NCBI GenBank assembly: GCA_024626585.2
Contig: JANKJI020000002.1
Coordinates: 156,445,162-156,459,647, forward strand
From: Ginkgo biloba
Lineage: Eukaryota; Plantae; Ginkgophyta
Length of the DNA: 14,486 nucleotides
Direction: 5' to 3'
In this document: positions 1 to 10,682 of the stretch, piece after piece
Position numbering within the stretch: the first letter of the stretch is position 1
How the letters are laid out: every line of letters starts with the position of its first letter
Translations under genes and position numbers: made by a program
Notes under the pieces: model-generated
What the model saw: the letters and a program-made list of their open reading frames with translations, nothing else
What the model was told of the DNA's origin: nothing
Databases searched by the model: none

Positions 1-349
1 TAATGCTTAAATGGGGTAATGGTGGGTATTGGGTGAAGAAGTAAGTGCATTTGTTGGTTAGGTTTCACCAACCTCTGACAAATGTAGCACTTTGCCCATT
101 GTTTTACATCGTCAACAAAGGTTGGCCACCATAACTCTGTATAGTGCCTTTCCCTGGCTATTAAGTCGCTAGCAACATGTCTTATGTAGGTCCTTCGTGG
201 GTTTGTTTGAGAACTCCCTATACTGAATGGGGTAGGATGTATTAGTGTAAGATGTGGTTTGGTTCCATGTGTATAGGGCTTCTCCAACGAGTCGATTTGG
301 CAATACTCTCTGGGTGAGACTCTTTCTTTGTACTGTATCCAATCAAGGT
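1..349 (-). pseudogene. Integrase N-terminal H2C2 zinc-binding region (decayed)
   Basis: Manual translation across one frameshift: VLKQTHEGPT / RHVASDLIARERHYTELWWPTFVDDVKQWAKCYICQRLVKP...LHPIPTITPFK. This fits the Gypsy pattern H..G..GH....A.K....LWWPT...D.......C..CQR..KP. The core domain lies outside the window. Confidence 0.9.
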
Positions 350-378
350 NNNNNNNNNNNNNNNNNNNNNNNNNNNNN

Positions 379-1042
379 TAGGTATTTGGTAATATGGCCC
401 ACGGGCACACCATTGTAGACTTGTTTCCATCCGAAACAATTAGCATTTGAGAAATCATTGGCTACATTGGTTACTTCTTTACCACTCTCAATGCGGGATA
501 GTTGGTCAGGGACCACTTGAGCTTTACAAGGTTCTAAATTGATTCTCAATGTAAACTATTGAAATAACAACATCCAATGACTAACTCATCCCTTCAATAA
601 TTATTAATAATTTGTTGATAAGATAAATTTATGCTTGGTGGTCTAGGTAAAAATGGAAGGGGTTTGCTAATAAATAGTGTTAGAATTTTGAAATTGCATA
701 GACTATTTTGAGTCCTCTCTCAATCACCGTATGGTTTTGGTTTGTTGAATCGAGTTTTTGACTTGCAAAATGGATGGGATGATCGATATTGTCATCTCCA
801 ACTTGGGTAAGGATAGAGCAAGGGGCAAGCAACGAGTCATCCACATGGATACATAACACTGTTCTAGTCAGGAAATCTAAGGATAGAAGCATGGATGAGT
901 TTCTATTGGTTATAATGCCTTCTGCTATTTCTCGGTCTATCCTTATTCTATGCTTTTCTTCAATAATGCTTTCAATGAACTAGAGATATGAGTGTGACCT
1001 TTGGTAAACTTTCTACAATAACCATTTCACCCTAAGTATCCT
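379..1042 (-). pseudogene. RT C-terminus/connection and Ty3/Gypsy RNase H (decayed)
   Basis: GYLG*NGYCRKFTKG (cf. FLG..GYYRKFI). ORF 680..892 gives HVDDSLLAPCSILTQVGDDNIDHPIHFASQKL...ERGLKIVYAISKF, continuing *HYLLANPFHFYLDHQA*IYLINK...WMLLFQ*F...VPDQLSRIESG. Confidence 0.95.
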
Positions 1043-1142
1043 NNNNNNNNNNNNNNNNNNNNNNNNNNNNNNNNNNNNNNNNNNNNNNNNNNNNNNNNNN
1101 NNNNNNNNNNNNNNNNNNNNNNNNNNNNNNNNNNNNNNNNNN

Positions 1143-1330
1143 TTTGCTTTATGATTCATTTGATAGGGTCATTGACAAATTGATTTAGCTCCTACTCAAA
1201 ACCCACTGCAATGTATGCCCACTTCTAAGGGTATACACTTCAAATCTGTATATGATAATGTGAACACATCTCGGTACAATCTACCCTGCGCCATCGTAGT
1301 AACATTCAAGTAATCACCCATGGTAATGTG
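1143..1330 (-). pseudogene. Reverse transcriptase N-terminal region (decayed); RT core falls in the 1043-1142 gap
   Basis: LYRDVFTLSYTDLKCIPLEVGIH...GAKSICQ*PYQMNHK matches the Gypsy RT lead-in Y.DVFAWSY.DLKGI....H.I....A.PV.Q.PYRMN. Confidence 0.85.
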
Positions 1331-2539
1331 TGTGTGATGCTTTCAGGTTTTAATATTGACAGTTTATCTTTATCTATTGTTGATGGACTGTAATGCCTTC
1401 TTCATTTAGATGATATCCTTACTTGTTGTTAATATCTCGATCTTCACAATGAATTTTGAGTACTCTAGTGAAAATGAGTTGTTGGTTGCTCAGTGGTTTC
1501 CTCTTCTTTCTCAAATATTACTCTTTGGCCATTTTCCATCATATTGTTTCTAGAAAAGGATTAGCCTAGGCTAATGTATTTTAATAAAATGTTCCTTCCA
1601 CGACTTGATAAATCTTTTTGTCTTTTTCAACATGGTCTTAACAATCAACGTCTCGAATTTCTATAAAGACTTAAAGATAAATTATTTTTCGAACAAACTC
1701 TAGTGTAGGTTTTATTGTTTCTCATATCATATGTACTGTTCCAATTGATGGGATGGTAACGATGTTGGAAATAAGTACATACATAGTTTGCAAGAAATGT
1801 TGAATCTCTTTCTAGTTGTTTATAGACCACCATATGGTCTTTCAATGTGGTTCTTGAGTTGTACGTTGGTAATTGTGGGTGATATTCCCTTAAACATCTA
1901 GTGATGAAGCACTCGCTAAATTCATCCTAGATTTGAGCTATTGAATTATGGAGGAGGAGCCAACCTAACATATATCCATGCAAGGTTAGTGGGAATTGAG
2001 AGAATTATAAGGCATGCCATTTGAGTTTCTCATGTTTCCATCGTTTGACACAATTTTAGATGTGCTTAACTTCACTCTATCATTCAGGGTTGAATGAGAT
2101 GGACTTAGGTGGTGCTATGACCACTTCTTCGTCGATGATATTGTGTTCTTCTAGTGATGATTCATTGAACGTTTCATCCAACAATTCATTTGTATCTTCA
2201 TCTTCATTATATGATGAGTCTTTATTTTTACCTGTCAAACACTGAGCTACATCTTGACTAAATACGTAGAGATGTTGAAACATTGATGCTAGTTAGCCTC
2301 ACATGCCTCTTGTTATAAAGCTTGTTGTATTACCTCCATCAAAATTGTTATCAATCTTGATCTTGCCTTGAGCATTCTGCTCATGGGGATTGCCTTCTAT
2401 GATATTTCTAGGCCTACCTATGCAACGTTATGCAGATTTGAAAGAAGAACTGGCACTAGTTTCAGATGAGATGATGATGCTTAAAGCTTCATCCTTGACT
2501 TTGGCAATCGAATGCTCGTCTAATGACATGGGTAGTTTG

Positions 2540-2900
2540 GTTATATGTTCATTCGGACGTAGTGTGAAGGTATAATGCTGTCAATCTTACCGGGCTCTAG
2601 TAGTGTGTAACTAATTGTGACCTAGGAGTGTTGGGTAGNNNNNNNNNNNNNNNNNNNNAGACAATTTTCAAGATTGCGAATTCTTGTTGAACAATAACAC
2701 TATCAATGGTAACTCAAACATTCTCCATTGTTCCTAGTGAACGGAGTTGCATTGACGACGGGGAAGGTGTAGTTGGTATGTATTATTTTTGGATTATCAA
2801 TGGCTTTCAAGGTTCCTTAGGGAAGAATGTTAATGACTAACCCACCATTCATGATTGTTTCATGCATGGTATATCCTAATATTTATATGGAGATGTTGGG
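2540..2900 (-). pseudogene. Retropepsin-type aspartic protease (decayed; catalytic Asp reads as Asn)
   Basis: TIMNGGLVINILP (cf. I.DGGSGVNI) at ~2856-2820, then SLGTMENV*VTIDSVIVQQEFAIL, and after the 20-N gap YPTLLGHN*LHTTRAR*D* (cf. Y..LLGRPWL...A..DW). Confidence 0.85.
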
Positions 2901-4082
2901 GTTGTGATGTAGTCTCAGGTGCACATGCCTAAGCAGTAGGGTTACTGATGCTTCTAATAGTTGGGGTATGTGTTGGAATCGATAGGATTCCCACCATGAA
3001 ACATAATTGTTAAAGTTGAATTGAGATTAAGTTTAGCCGCTAATTGTTTTAGGGTGTTTACTTTTTGTTTCTCTTAACAAGCTAGGTGAACTTGGTTCAA
3101 TAGGCATAGTAGTGATGGCTTCCTGTATTGAGGCTAGTTCACAATCTAGAGAATTTGGAGCTGGCACCGCATTAGTTGTAGGCTCCTCATTTTGGAATTT
3201 TTTCGAATATATGTTCTTGTAATGGCTTGTTTACTACGTATCCTTATTTCTTATCTTGCTTCTCACCCCAAAGTTTCTCTGTTTCTTCTATTAATCACCT
3301 TGCCTCTTCTCTTTTTTCATTGGCCTCTTTCTCAATTACTTCTAATGCTTCCTTTATAGTGAGGAATGATCCTTTTGATTCTTTGGATTAGGGAAGTTAG
3401 TTTTTGTTGTTGTTGCTATGATTGTTATTTTCTTCCCCTTAATTGTACATATGTTTATGTCATAGGTTTAGANNNNNNNNNNNNNNNNNNNNNNNNNNNN
3501 NNNNNNNNNNNNNNNNNNNNNNNNNNNNNNNNNNNNNNNNNNNNNNNNNNNNNNNNNNNNNNNNNNNNNNNNGCATAGAGGCTATATAAGCCTCAGAGAA
3601 GGGAAAAAAAATTCACTTAAAAACGTTGCAAACCAAAGAGTCATTCATCCTCACAGTGCACAAAAGCCTCAACCCTCGCAAATGATTGTTCAACGTCTGC
3701 AAATCTTACCGTGGAGAATTATGAAATAGTGAATGTCAACGATGCCATCCCCAAGGATTTGACAAATGTTCTTGGGCAGCCTATAGCATAGCTTCTGGAC
3801 CAACTCTAGCACATGCTCTAATGCACCAATCCCATCACAAGTAATGATATCCTGACATTGTTGTTACAACTGACGCAACTCAAATGGGAAGCTTTCGAGT
3901 TGGCTACCTCTATGGACACCAAAATCACCCACCTTAGATTCCTTCATGATTGTGTCCACTACATTCTTCATTAGGTCTAACCATTAGAAGGGCCAACTCC
4001 ACCATCCACCACAACACCTTCAACGCAAATCTGATTATGTGGAACTAATCATAATCTAAGGGTCGGACAAATGTATGGGGGA

Positions 4083-4411
4083 TATTGAACAAACAAAGGG
4101 TACCATGCGGATGGAGCGCGATAAGAAGATTCTGGTGTGGCAAGACACGTCTCGGCATGGAGCAACCTGTAACTATGACACGATTTGACAGTTAAGGACT
4201 GACAACGGGAATGTTTTGCTAGCCAACTTTTGTAAAAAGGTAAGCGACCTATATATAGTTTGTAAAAAGAACCCCGAGGGAGTGAGAGTCGAGTATAATT
4301 TTAAGTACTGTTAGTTTGAATATATTGTTGTTCATTTCCCGAAGTTATCTCTATGTATGTGATTGACTGATATGGAAGTGTTGTTCTTATTTATTTATTA
4401 GAAATCTGACA
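4083..4411 (+). repeat. Putative short LTR (3' or solo) of a separate element
   Basis: Preceded by purine run ggggga (4077-4082), starts tattga (possibly decayed tgttga), contains cctatatatag (4248-4258) and a T-rich tail, and ends ...ctgaca. No second copy in the window, so boundaries are inferred. Confidence 0.45.
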
Positions 4412-5057
4412 TTTGATAGAAAACCATTCAGAGGGAACCCCAACTGGATAGTTAGCACATAAGAAAGATAGGAAAAATCGGTATTAGGGCAAGAGAAGGG
4501 GGGTTGCTTGCCTATAAATAGCCAGGGCTTCTAATCACCCAAGGTATTACAATCCACATTGAGTAAGTCAAAGGTTAATTTAAGAGGCATGTGTGATTAT
4601 TTTAACTACCGCAAAAGAGAGTTAAACACCCTCCTCCATTCGTATTTATATGCCTCCAACTAATTCCGTTAATAGAATCTCATTCGAAATGTTCCAAAAT
4701 TGATATATGGGGCAATTGAATAATTAATCACTTATTGAATATTAGCCTGACCATTTAAACTACACTTTTGACATTTGTAGAGAATAGTTGGTATAAGGTT
4801 GAGAACATTTTACCAACGTAGTCTCATTTTATTTATGAGTCTTATGATTGCATAATTTTCTATTCTATTTCTTGAAGCATGGTGGAAGCATTTATGTATG
4901 TTCAACTTAGATTGACATGCGACATAATTTTGCTATCTAACATGGCCAAAAAGTAGCAAATATTTGGTTTCCTTCCCTCTAATTCGAACCTTCAGGGGTG
5001 ATGTTTATAGTGGTGATGTGGCGTACACCTAGAATGCTGGCTAAAGATCTTGTAACA
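4412..5057 (+). repeat. Putative 5' LTR remnant of element A
   Basis: Contains cctataaata (4511-4520), ends ...tgtaaca immediately before a TGG PBS-like site, and lies upstream of gag. Its last ~60 bp loosely resemble 6528-6591, upstream of element B. Left boundary uncertain. Confidence 0.55.
4511..4520 (+). promoter_or_regulatory. TATA box in LTR context
   Basis: cctataaata, the typical plant LTR TATA motif, ~540 bp upstream of the inferred LTR end. Confidence 0.55.
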
Positions 5058-5058
5058 T

Positions 5059-5075
5059 TGGCCGTTGTAGGAAGG
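5059..5075 (+). promoter_or_regulatory. Primer-binding-site-like sequence of element A
   Basis: ...gtaaca|t|tggccgttgtaggaagg: CA end followed by TGG. The equivalent gtaata|t|tggcattgt occurs at 6576-6591 in front of copy B. Priming tRNA not identified. Confidence 0.55.
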
Positions 5076-5194
5076 TTTTGCTAAACAACTTTGGGACACA
5101 AGGGTCTTTGAATGTGACATAAGGAGTAGTAAATCTTCGTATCGATCCTAGAACCAAATGGAGAGAGTGCCAAGAGCAAATTAAAAATTCTAGA

Positions 5195-6170
5195 ATGCCA
5201 AATCAACTAGTTTCTACATGATAATCAAGAGTGAAAGCTCAGTGATTCAAGAAAGGCACATGTAGTAGCATGACGAAGTCTCAAATGGTGCAATCAACAG
5301 AAATATATTCCCAACTCCTGCATCTTGACCCTTAAAAGGAAAGATGCTAGAACTACCTTTGACAATGGAGAAAGATTGTGAATGCTAAAAATCGAATAGG
5401 AAGAAATAACCTCGGTGCTTAATGCTAAGGCACACAAAGAGCCACAAGCTAATTCGGATTAAGAGTTACACCTGCATTCTAATTGCACATTACCAAGAGG
5501 GAATCATAAGCAAGATAATTATAGAGTGAATTCGATACTCTAGACATGAATTTAACCTTTAGATCTATTCTTTATGAACTAGCTAAACCATTTGCGGTGT
5601 ACTATAACACACTATTTTTAGCCATGGAAGACTCTAACAATAGTAATCGCATCTACAACAACAACAACAATAATAACAATTACATGAATCAACCACCACA
5701 TATTGGTACAGATAAATCATCTATTTAAAAGTTTGCATCATGACAACATCGGCAAACCAACCGAATACTTGACTTTATTCGAAATAATTCTTGACCTAAA
5801 AGGGATCACAAATGAACGAGAGATCAAGTCTCAATTTTTTCGATGCCCTGCATGGGGTAGCAATCACCTAGTATCAATATATCAATACCAATTATCCACA
5901 TGGGATGAGATCCAAACTCTGTTCCTCAAATGATACCAATGGTTATGAGATACATTAACCGTATTCAAGGCTATGGAATAACTTTGCCAACATCCTAGTG
6001 AATCTACTAAAGATTAAGATTGTCACATTAAACAATAAAATACATCCAAAGGATGTGCCATAATCCCCCTGTCTACTAAAAATTAGCATGCAAGGTTATT
6101 GCCTTATGTTGCAATAGGTATGCTTGATGCACAACTATTACAAGCTAGACAATTCAAGCCTTAAGAAGGA
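5195..6170 (+). pseudogene. Retrotransposon gag (capsid-like) pseudogene, element A, 3'-truncated
   Basis: ORF 5703..5933 and continuation: KPTEYLTLFEIILDLKGITNEREIKSQF...STWDEIQTLFLK*YQWL*DTLTVFKAME*LCQHPSESTKD. This fits the retrotransposon gag TW......FL...Q...ES pattern. ATG CCA (5195) and gccATGg (5624) are conserved in copy B. Confidence 0.85.
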
Positions 6171-6742
6171 CAACAACAGAGAAAATAAGTGAAGAAGCTA
6201 ATAGGTGGGCCCTATAACTACTTGTGGCATTATGGGGAGTAGACTTGATAAGCAAGAAGGTAAATTTGTTAAGGACCAATTGGAAAGGCTAGTATAGGGT
6301 GCTTCCAATGGAGTAATGAGACATAGTAAAGGCACATAGGTTGGTGGTTGGGGAGTAGGGAGACCTAGTGAAGTCTAGCCTAGAAGCCTAGAATTACTAT
6401 TGAAGGGGGGTCAAGCTAATGCTTAACAATCTTTTAGCACTTTGACATTTTTTTAAAGAAGAAATAAGATCTGCATAATTTCTACTTGGTTGAATTAAGG
6501 ATGTCCTATTGATACTAGTTTTGGCTCATAGAAGGAGGATGTTGCACTTCTTAGAGTGACAACAACTTTTGGCAAGTAATATTGGCATTGTNNNNNNNNN
6601 NNNNNNNNNNNNNNNNNNNNNNNNNNNNNNNNNNNNNNNNNNNNNNNNNNNNNNNNNNNNNNNNNNNNNNNNNNNNNNNNNNNNNNNNNNNGATCCTAGA
6701 ACCAAATGGAGGGAGTGATGTGGGCAAATTCAGAAATCTAGT

Positions 6743-7726
6743 ATGCCAAAGCAATTAACCACTACATAATAAACCAATAAGGGTGAAAGCTTGGGGACCC
6801 AAAAGGGCACGAGTAGTAGCACAATCAAACTTAACTTGGCATAATTGCCAGAGGAAACTCCAATTTCTAGATTGTAGGCCTGGAAAGGCATGACACCCAA
6901 ACTAACCTCCCCTTGGCATAAAGTTTACGGGTGGTAGAGATAAAAAAGGAAAAAAAAAGCTTGATGCTTAACGCTAAGGTAGACGAAGACCCCCATGCTA
7001 ATTACAACAAAAAGATACAATCACATGTTTTTTGCACATCAATAGGAAATAGTGACAAACGAGATAGTAACACAAATTTGAAACTCTAGTTTGAGATTTA
7101 ACCTTTGGATGCATCCTTTATGAACCAACTATGCCATTTATTATAGTGTAACACATTGTTGCTAGCCATGGCAGACCCAAATGCTAGTAACCACAATGGA
7201 AATAACAAGAACAAGAACAAGAACAATAACGATGGCAGATAAACACCACCATATATATGATTATAGAATGATCATGCTTTTTCAAGTTTATGCTATGATG
7301 GTATCATTGAGTTGGCAAATCACTTATCACTATTTAAAAACATCCTAGACCTAAAAGGAATCATGTACCAACAGTAAACCAAGTCTTGTTTTCTCAATAC
7401 TATCCGTGGGCTAATGATCGCTTAGAACAATTGTATCAGTACCAAGAATCACACATGGGACAAGAGACCCAAACACTATTCTTTGATATGTTCTAGAGGC
7501 TAAGAGATCCTTTAACTATCTTTTAGGCTCTAGAGGAACTCTGCAAACATTCTGGAGAATCCATTAAAGTTTTTGTCAAAAGAATGTAGATACAATTAAC
7601 AAATTACATCTAGTGGATGTCCCATCACCTCCTCATCTACTGAAAATTTGTGTAAGGATTATTGCCTCGTATTTGTAACATAGTGCACTTGCATTTGATG
7701 CACAATTGTTGAAAATTTCAAGACCT
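6743..7726 (+). pseudogene. Retrotransposon gag pseudogene, element B
   Basis: ELANHLSLFKNILDLKGIMYQQ*TKSCFLNTIRG...HTWD..QTLFFDMF*RLRDPLTIF*ALEELCKHSGESIKVFVKRM, colinear with gag A. Confidence 0.88.
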
Positions 7727-8209
7727 NNNNNNNNNNNATTAAATGGACAAACGCAATCAAAGATGATTCCATGTGATTTTCATACAAGTAGTTACTCCGC
7801 CCCAACTCTAGATTTGGAGATTGAATGACTTCAATAAGAGTTAGCAACATTACGACTCCAAAAGCAATAGAAGAACTGTTTGATACAAAGCTTCAAAGTT
7901 AAGATCACCAAACTTCAATACGAGTTAACAACCTTGGCAAGTCTAGATGTCTGGTGTCCTTCACGTAATCATAAAAGCTATTTTTGTAATGATCACCTTG
8001 AAGAAGAAACTTAGGTCGTAGAGTAATGGTGTAGCATATGAAAAGTTGACAACCATAATGTGAAGCAAACATCATTAGGGAGCTGGACATGGGGGAAAGA
8101 GGGCACTACTAGGGTGGAAATACCCACAATATATACTATTGAAAAGTGATTTAACTTAAGACTTCAAATAAATAAGGCTTATCAAGGAACCACATAAGCA
8201 TCTTCATGA

Positions 8210-8500
8210 TTGTTTATCGAAAATAATTATAAGGTCTTTATGCTTATGATGGGGCACGAAAAACAAGGTTGTCCATTGGAGAAAAATGGAGCGAGATACA
8301 TTTGCAAAGAATACAAACCTGTTGATCATGAATGGGAGAATTACCAAAGAACCCAAAAAATAAAACAAAAAGTTCCAATGTTGCTGTGTGATGTTGTCGA
8401 AACTGTGAACTTACTTGCACAAAGCCAAAGAATGATTAACACCCTAGCTAAGGATGAGTCCAATTTTCCCAATCCTGCCAAGGAAAAGGTTCATTTCTAG
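8210..8500 (+). pseudogene. Gag C-terminal zinc-knuckle region (decayed CCHC)
   Basis: ORF contains GHEKQGCP (C-terminal half of CX2CX4HX4C), a second possible remnant YICKEYKPVDH, then VNLLAQSQ and NFPNP. It sits between capsid and protease. Confidence 0.65.
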
Positions 8501-8880
8501 GAAGTTATACAAACCATCCAAGTCGCTGCCAAAGAAGTAGAAAATTGGCTACTCAAGAACCAACCAACATGAATCAACGAATTGAAGAAAGCATCATCAA
8601 TTAAGAAATGCAAATAAGTATATCCATGAAAGTGATTAAAGATGACTCCACCACGACATGAGACAATATTGGAAAAACCATAAGAATTCCAATTGAACAA
8701 CCAACTTTCAGAAGCAAATCCAAAACTNNNNNNNNNNATCAAAAGATTGACCTCCTCTAAAGGCTATCTAACATTTTGTTGGCAAGAGTGATTAATTGGT
8801 GGTAAAAAGGAGCCTTCTGTTAAAATAATTGGGCTTTAGAAACCATAATTGTCGTAGAAAAACTTGACGAGGACTTGAGG

Positions 8881-9192
8881 ATCCCAATCCAAATCTATGA
8901 CAAAATTATAGACGAAAGAATTGTGCATAGGGGCTCTAGCGTTAATGTCATTCCAAAAGAAACATGGATTCAATCTGGGGAACTTGAATACATTTCTATG
9001 AATGCCCCATTCTCGTCACTAACCAATTAGAGATCTGACCACTAGGGACATCAATGAATGTGCCAATCACAGTAGAAGGCATTGCGATCTCTGCAAGATT
9101 TCCTAGTAGTACATATTGCTACAAACTTATCTTGTCTTGCACTACTTGAATGACAATGGTTGTATGATATTGAGGCACTTCAAAATTGGGGA
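8881..9192 (+). pseudogene. Aspartic protease of element B (decayed)
   Basis: IPIQIYDKIIDERIVHRGSSVNVIPKETW (cf. IVDGGSSVNV), then across frameshifts PLGTSMNVPITVEGI and ALLE*QWLYDIEALQNW (cf. LLGRPWL). Confidence 0.88.
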
Positions 9193-9680
9193 CAATGAAC
9201 AATTATTCTCTCCAACAAAGGAAAGACAATAATCTTACCATTGGTTTCACATTGTCCCTGCGTAAAAGAATCTTTGAGACCAATACAACCTCTATCATCA
9301 ACATTGTCACAGAAGCTACCACCTATTCATATTTAAAATCTGGTTATGAAATTGCAAAAGATATGTAGGAAGACTATGCAAATGAATCAAAACTTAGATG
9401 GGAATTCGTAGTAGATAATGACAATTCCCTAGTAGAATCAATGCTATATTGGCTTTGGCTTCAAGTTGCTTATGAAGCCATAGAGACCTATAATTATTTT
9501 CTATAAACAATCATCTATGCCCACGAATGGGAGGAGCCATGCAACAAATATGATATCAAGGATGAATAATTTTAGCACAACGTCCTCCAATACTCAATTG
9601 ATTATGAAATGGTAGGAGAAGATGCTAAAATCATAGGACTGCTCGAAGACACTTAGACTAGGATCACATAAAAAATACGT

Positions 9681-10000
9681 AAGTTTGGAGATACTAGTGG
9701 AACGTGCAATGGGACCCAACATATCCAACGCTGCATGAAGGTATGATGGATGCATATCAACGGGGTTGAGACTCTTGGTTGGTTGCATTTCCTCTCACCC
9801 TAGAAGGGTAGGCTTTTAAATGGGATCCCACGCACTTGCAAGAATTCACAAAATGACTAGAGATGCGCCATTGTTTCAAAATACGATTAAGTGGTATTGG
9901 CGCTCCAGTATTACCAACCTACAGGCTAGATGTCCCTACAATGATACAGTATATTGTGTAACACATGGTCTTTTCGTTGGGGTTGCTCAATCCTGAAAGA
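9681..10000 (+). pseudogene. Third gag fragment from a different retrotransposon family
   Basis: KFGDTSGTCNGTQHIQRCMKV*W...WLVAFPLTLEG*AFKW.....QEFTK*LEMRHCFKIRL...FSLGL matches the gag FP.TL.G.A..W......W.E....F pattern. No evident nucleotide similarity to gag A/B. Confidence 0.7.
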
Positions 10001-10074
10001 CGGTAGAAGGTGTTATGAGCACTAGGAAGCTAGAAGGACTAACAACTGGATTGAGACAAGGCAAACTTTTTTAA

Positions 10075-10582
10075 ATTGTTCCCACCAAAAACCATGAGGT
10101 AGGACAACCATATAATCCTAAACAAGCTCCAAAAGGAGATGTTTGAGTGGAGCTATGAATAGTTCTATTATAGCTATACTAGATATATAGGAGACTTTCA
10201 TCCCATATCTTAGGATGATTATAGTTGTACATCCTCAAGAGTACCACTATTCCATTAATAACTTTAGACTAATTATCAATATGTGGATGAAAATCTATAC
10301 TTCTTTTTAATCCTATATCCATAAGTATCCATAGGGATTATAGAAAATGGTTGAGAAGCCTACTATATTTATCTAAGATGATAGACTTGAAAAATACAAA
10401 GTGTACCCACACATATTCAAAAAATAATTCTATTTCTTTCTGTCCTATGATAGTGGCAAGGAACTAGGATAGTCATCTCACTAAACCTATCCAATAATTT
10501 ACAAAAAAGTAGTCATGTCCTTTTTGGGTGGTTGGAAACCCACTAAGGAAATCCATAAAAATTAGCTCCCATGGTCTAGGTA
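10075..10582 (-). pseudogene. Integrase core fragment, chromovirus-branch (CRM-like) Ty3/Gypsy, antisense to element B
   Basis: PRPWELIFMDFLSGFPTTQKGHDYFFV, LFFEYVWVHF, IILDKYSRLL, FHPHIDN*SKVIN, LRMYNYNHPKIWDESLLYI*YSYNRTIHSSTQTSPF. These match PWESISMDF..GLP.T..G.D..FVVVDRFSKM / ISDRD.RF / HPQTDGQTE.VN. Confidence 0.92.
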
Positions 10583-10682
10583 NNNNNNNNNNNNNNNNNN
10601 NNNNNNNNNNNNNNNNNNNNNNNNNNNNNNNNNNNNNNNNNNNNNNNNNNNNNNNNNNNNNNNNNNNNNNNNNNNNNNNNNN

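Larger units (their letters stand above)
1..3472 (-). mobile_element. Degenerate Ty3/Gypsy LTR retrotransposon internal region (non-chromovirus type), element 1
   Basis: Minus-strand domain order PR (2900-2540), RT start (1330-1143), gap, RT C-term/RNase H (1042-379), INT Zn-finger (349-1) is the Ty3/Gypsy order. Many stops and frameshifts. An NFPNP motif near 3395 is also seen after the Zn knuckle of element B (~8462). Confidence 0.93.

Noticed and set aside
2320-2350. FDGGNTTSF on the minus strand as a protease or additional RNase H active site
   Set aside because: The real protease motifs lie at 2540-2900, and no downstream protease or RNase H motifs follow this one.
789-2575. Plus-strand ORFs 789..983, 2060..2245, 2390..2575 as genes
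   Set aside because: They are antisense shadows of the minus-strand pol relic.
4229-4269. 11-bp direct repeat tttgtaaaaag flanking a TATA-like motif
   Set aside because: Short and AT-rich; treated as ordinary LTR internal structure rather than a separate element or TSD.
6521-6540. ttggctcatagaaggagga as the PBS of element B
   Set aside because: Alignment with copy A places the LTR end/PBS ~60 bp further on (6576-6591), so this stretch more likely corresponds to the LTR tail.
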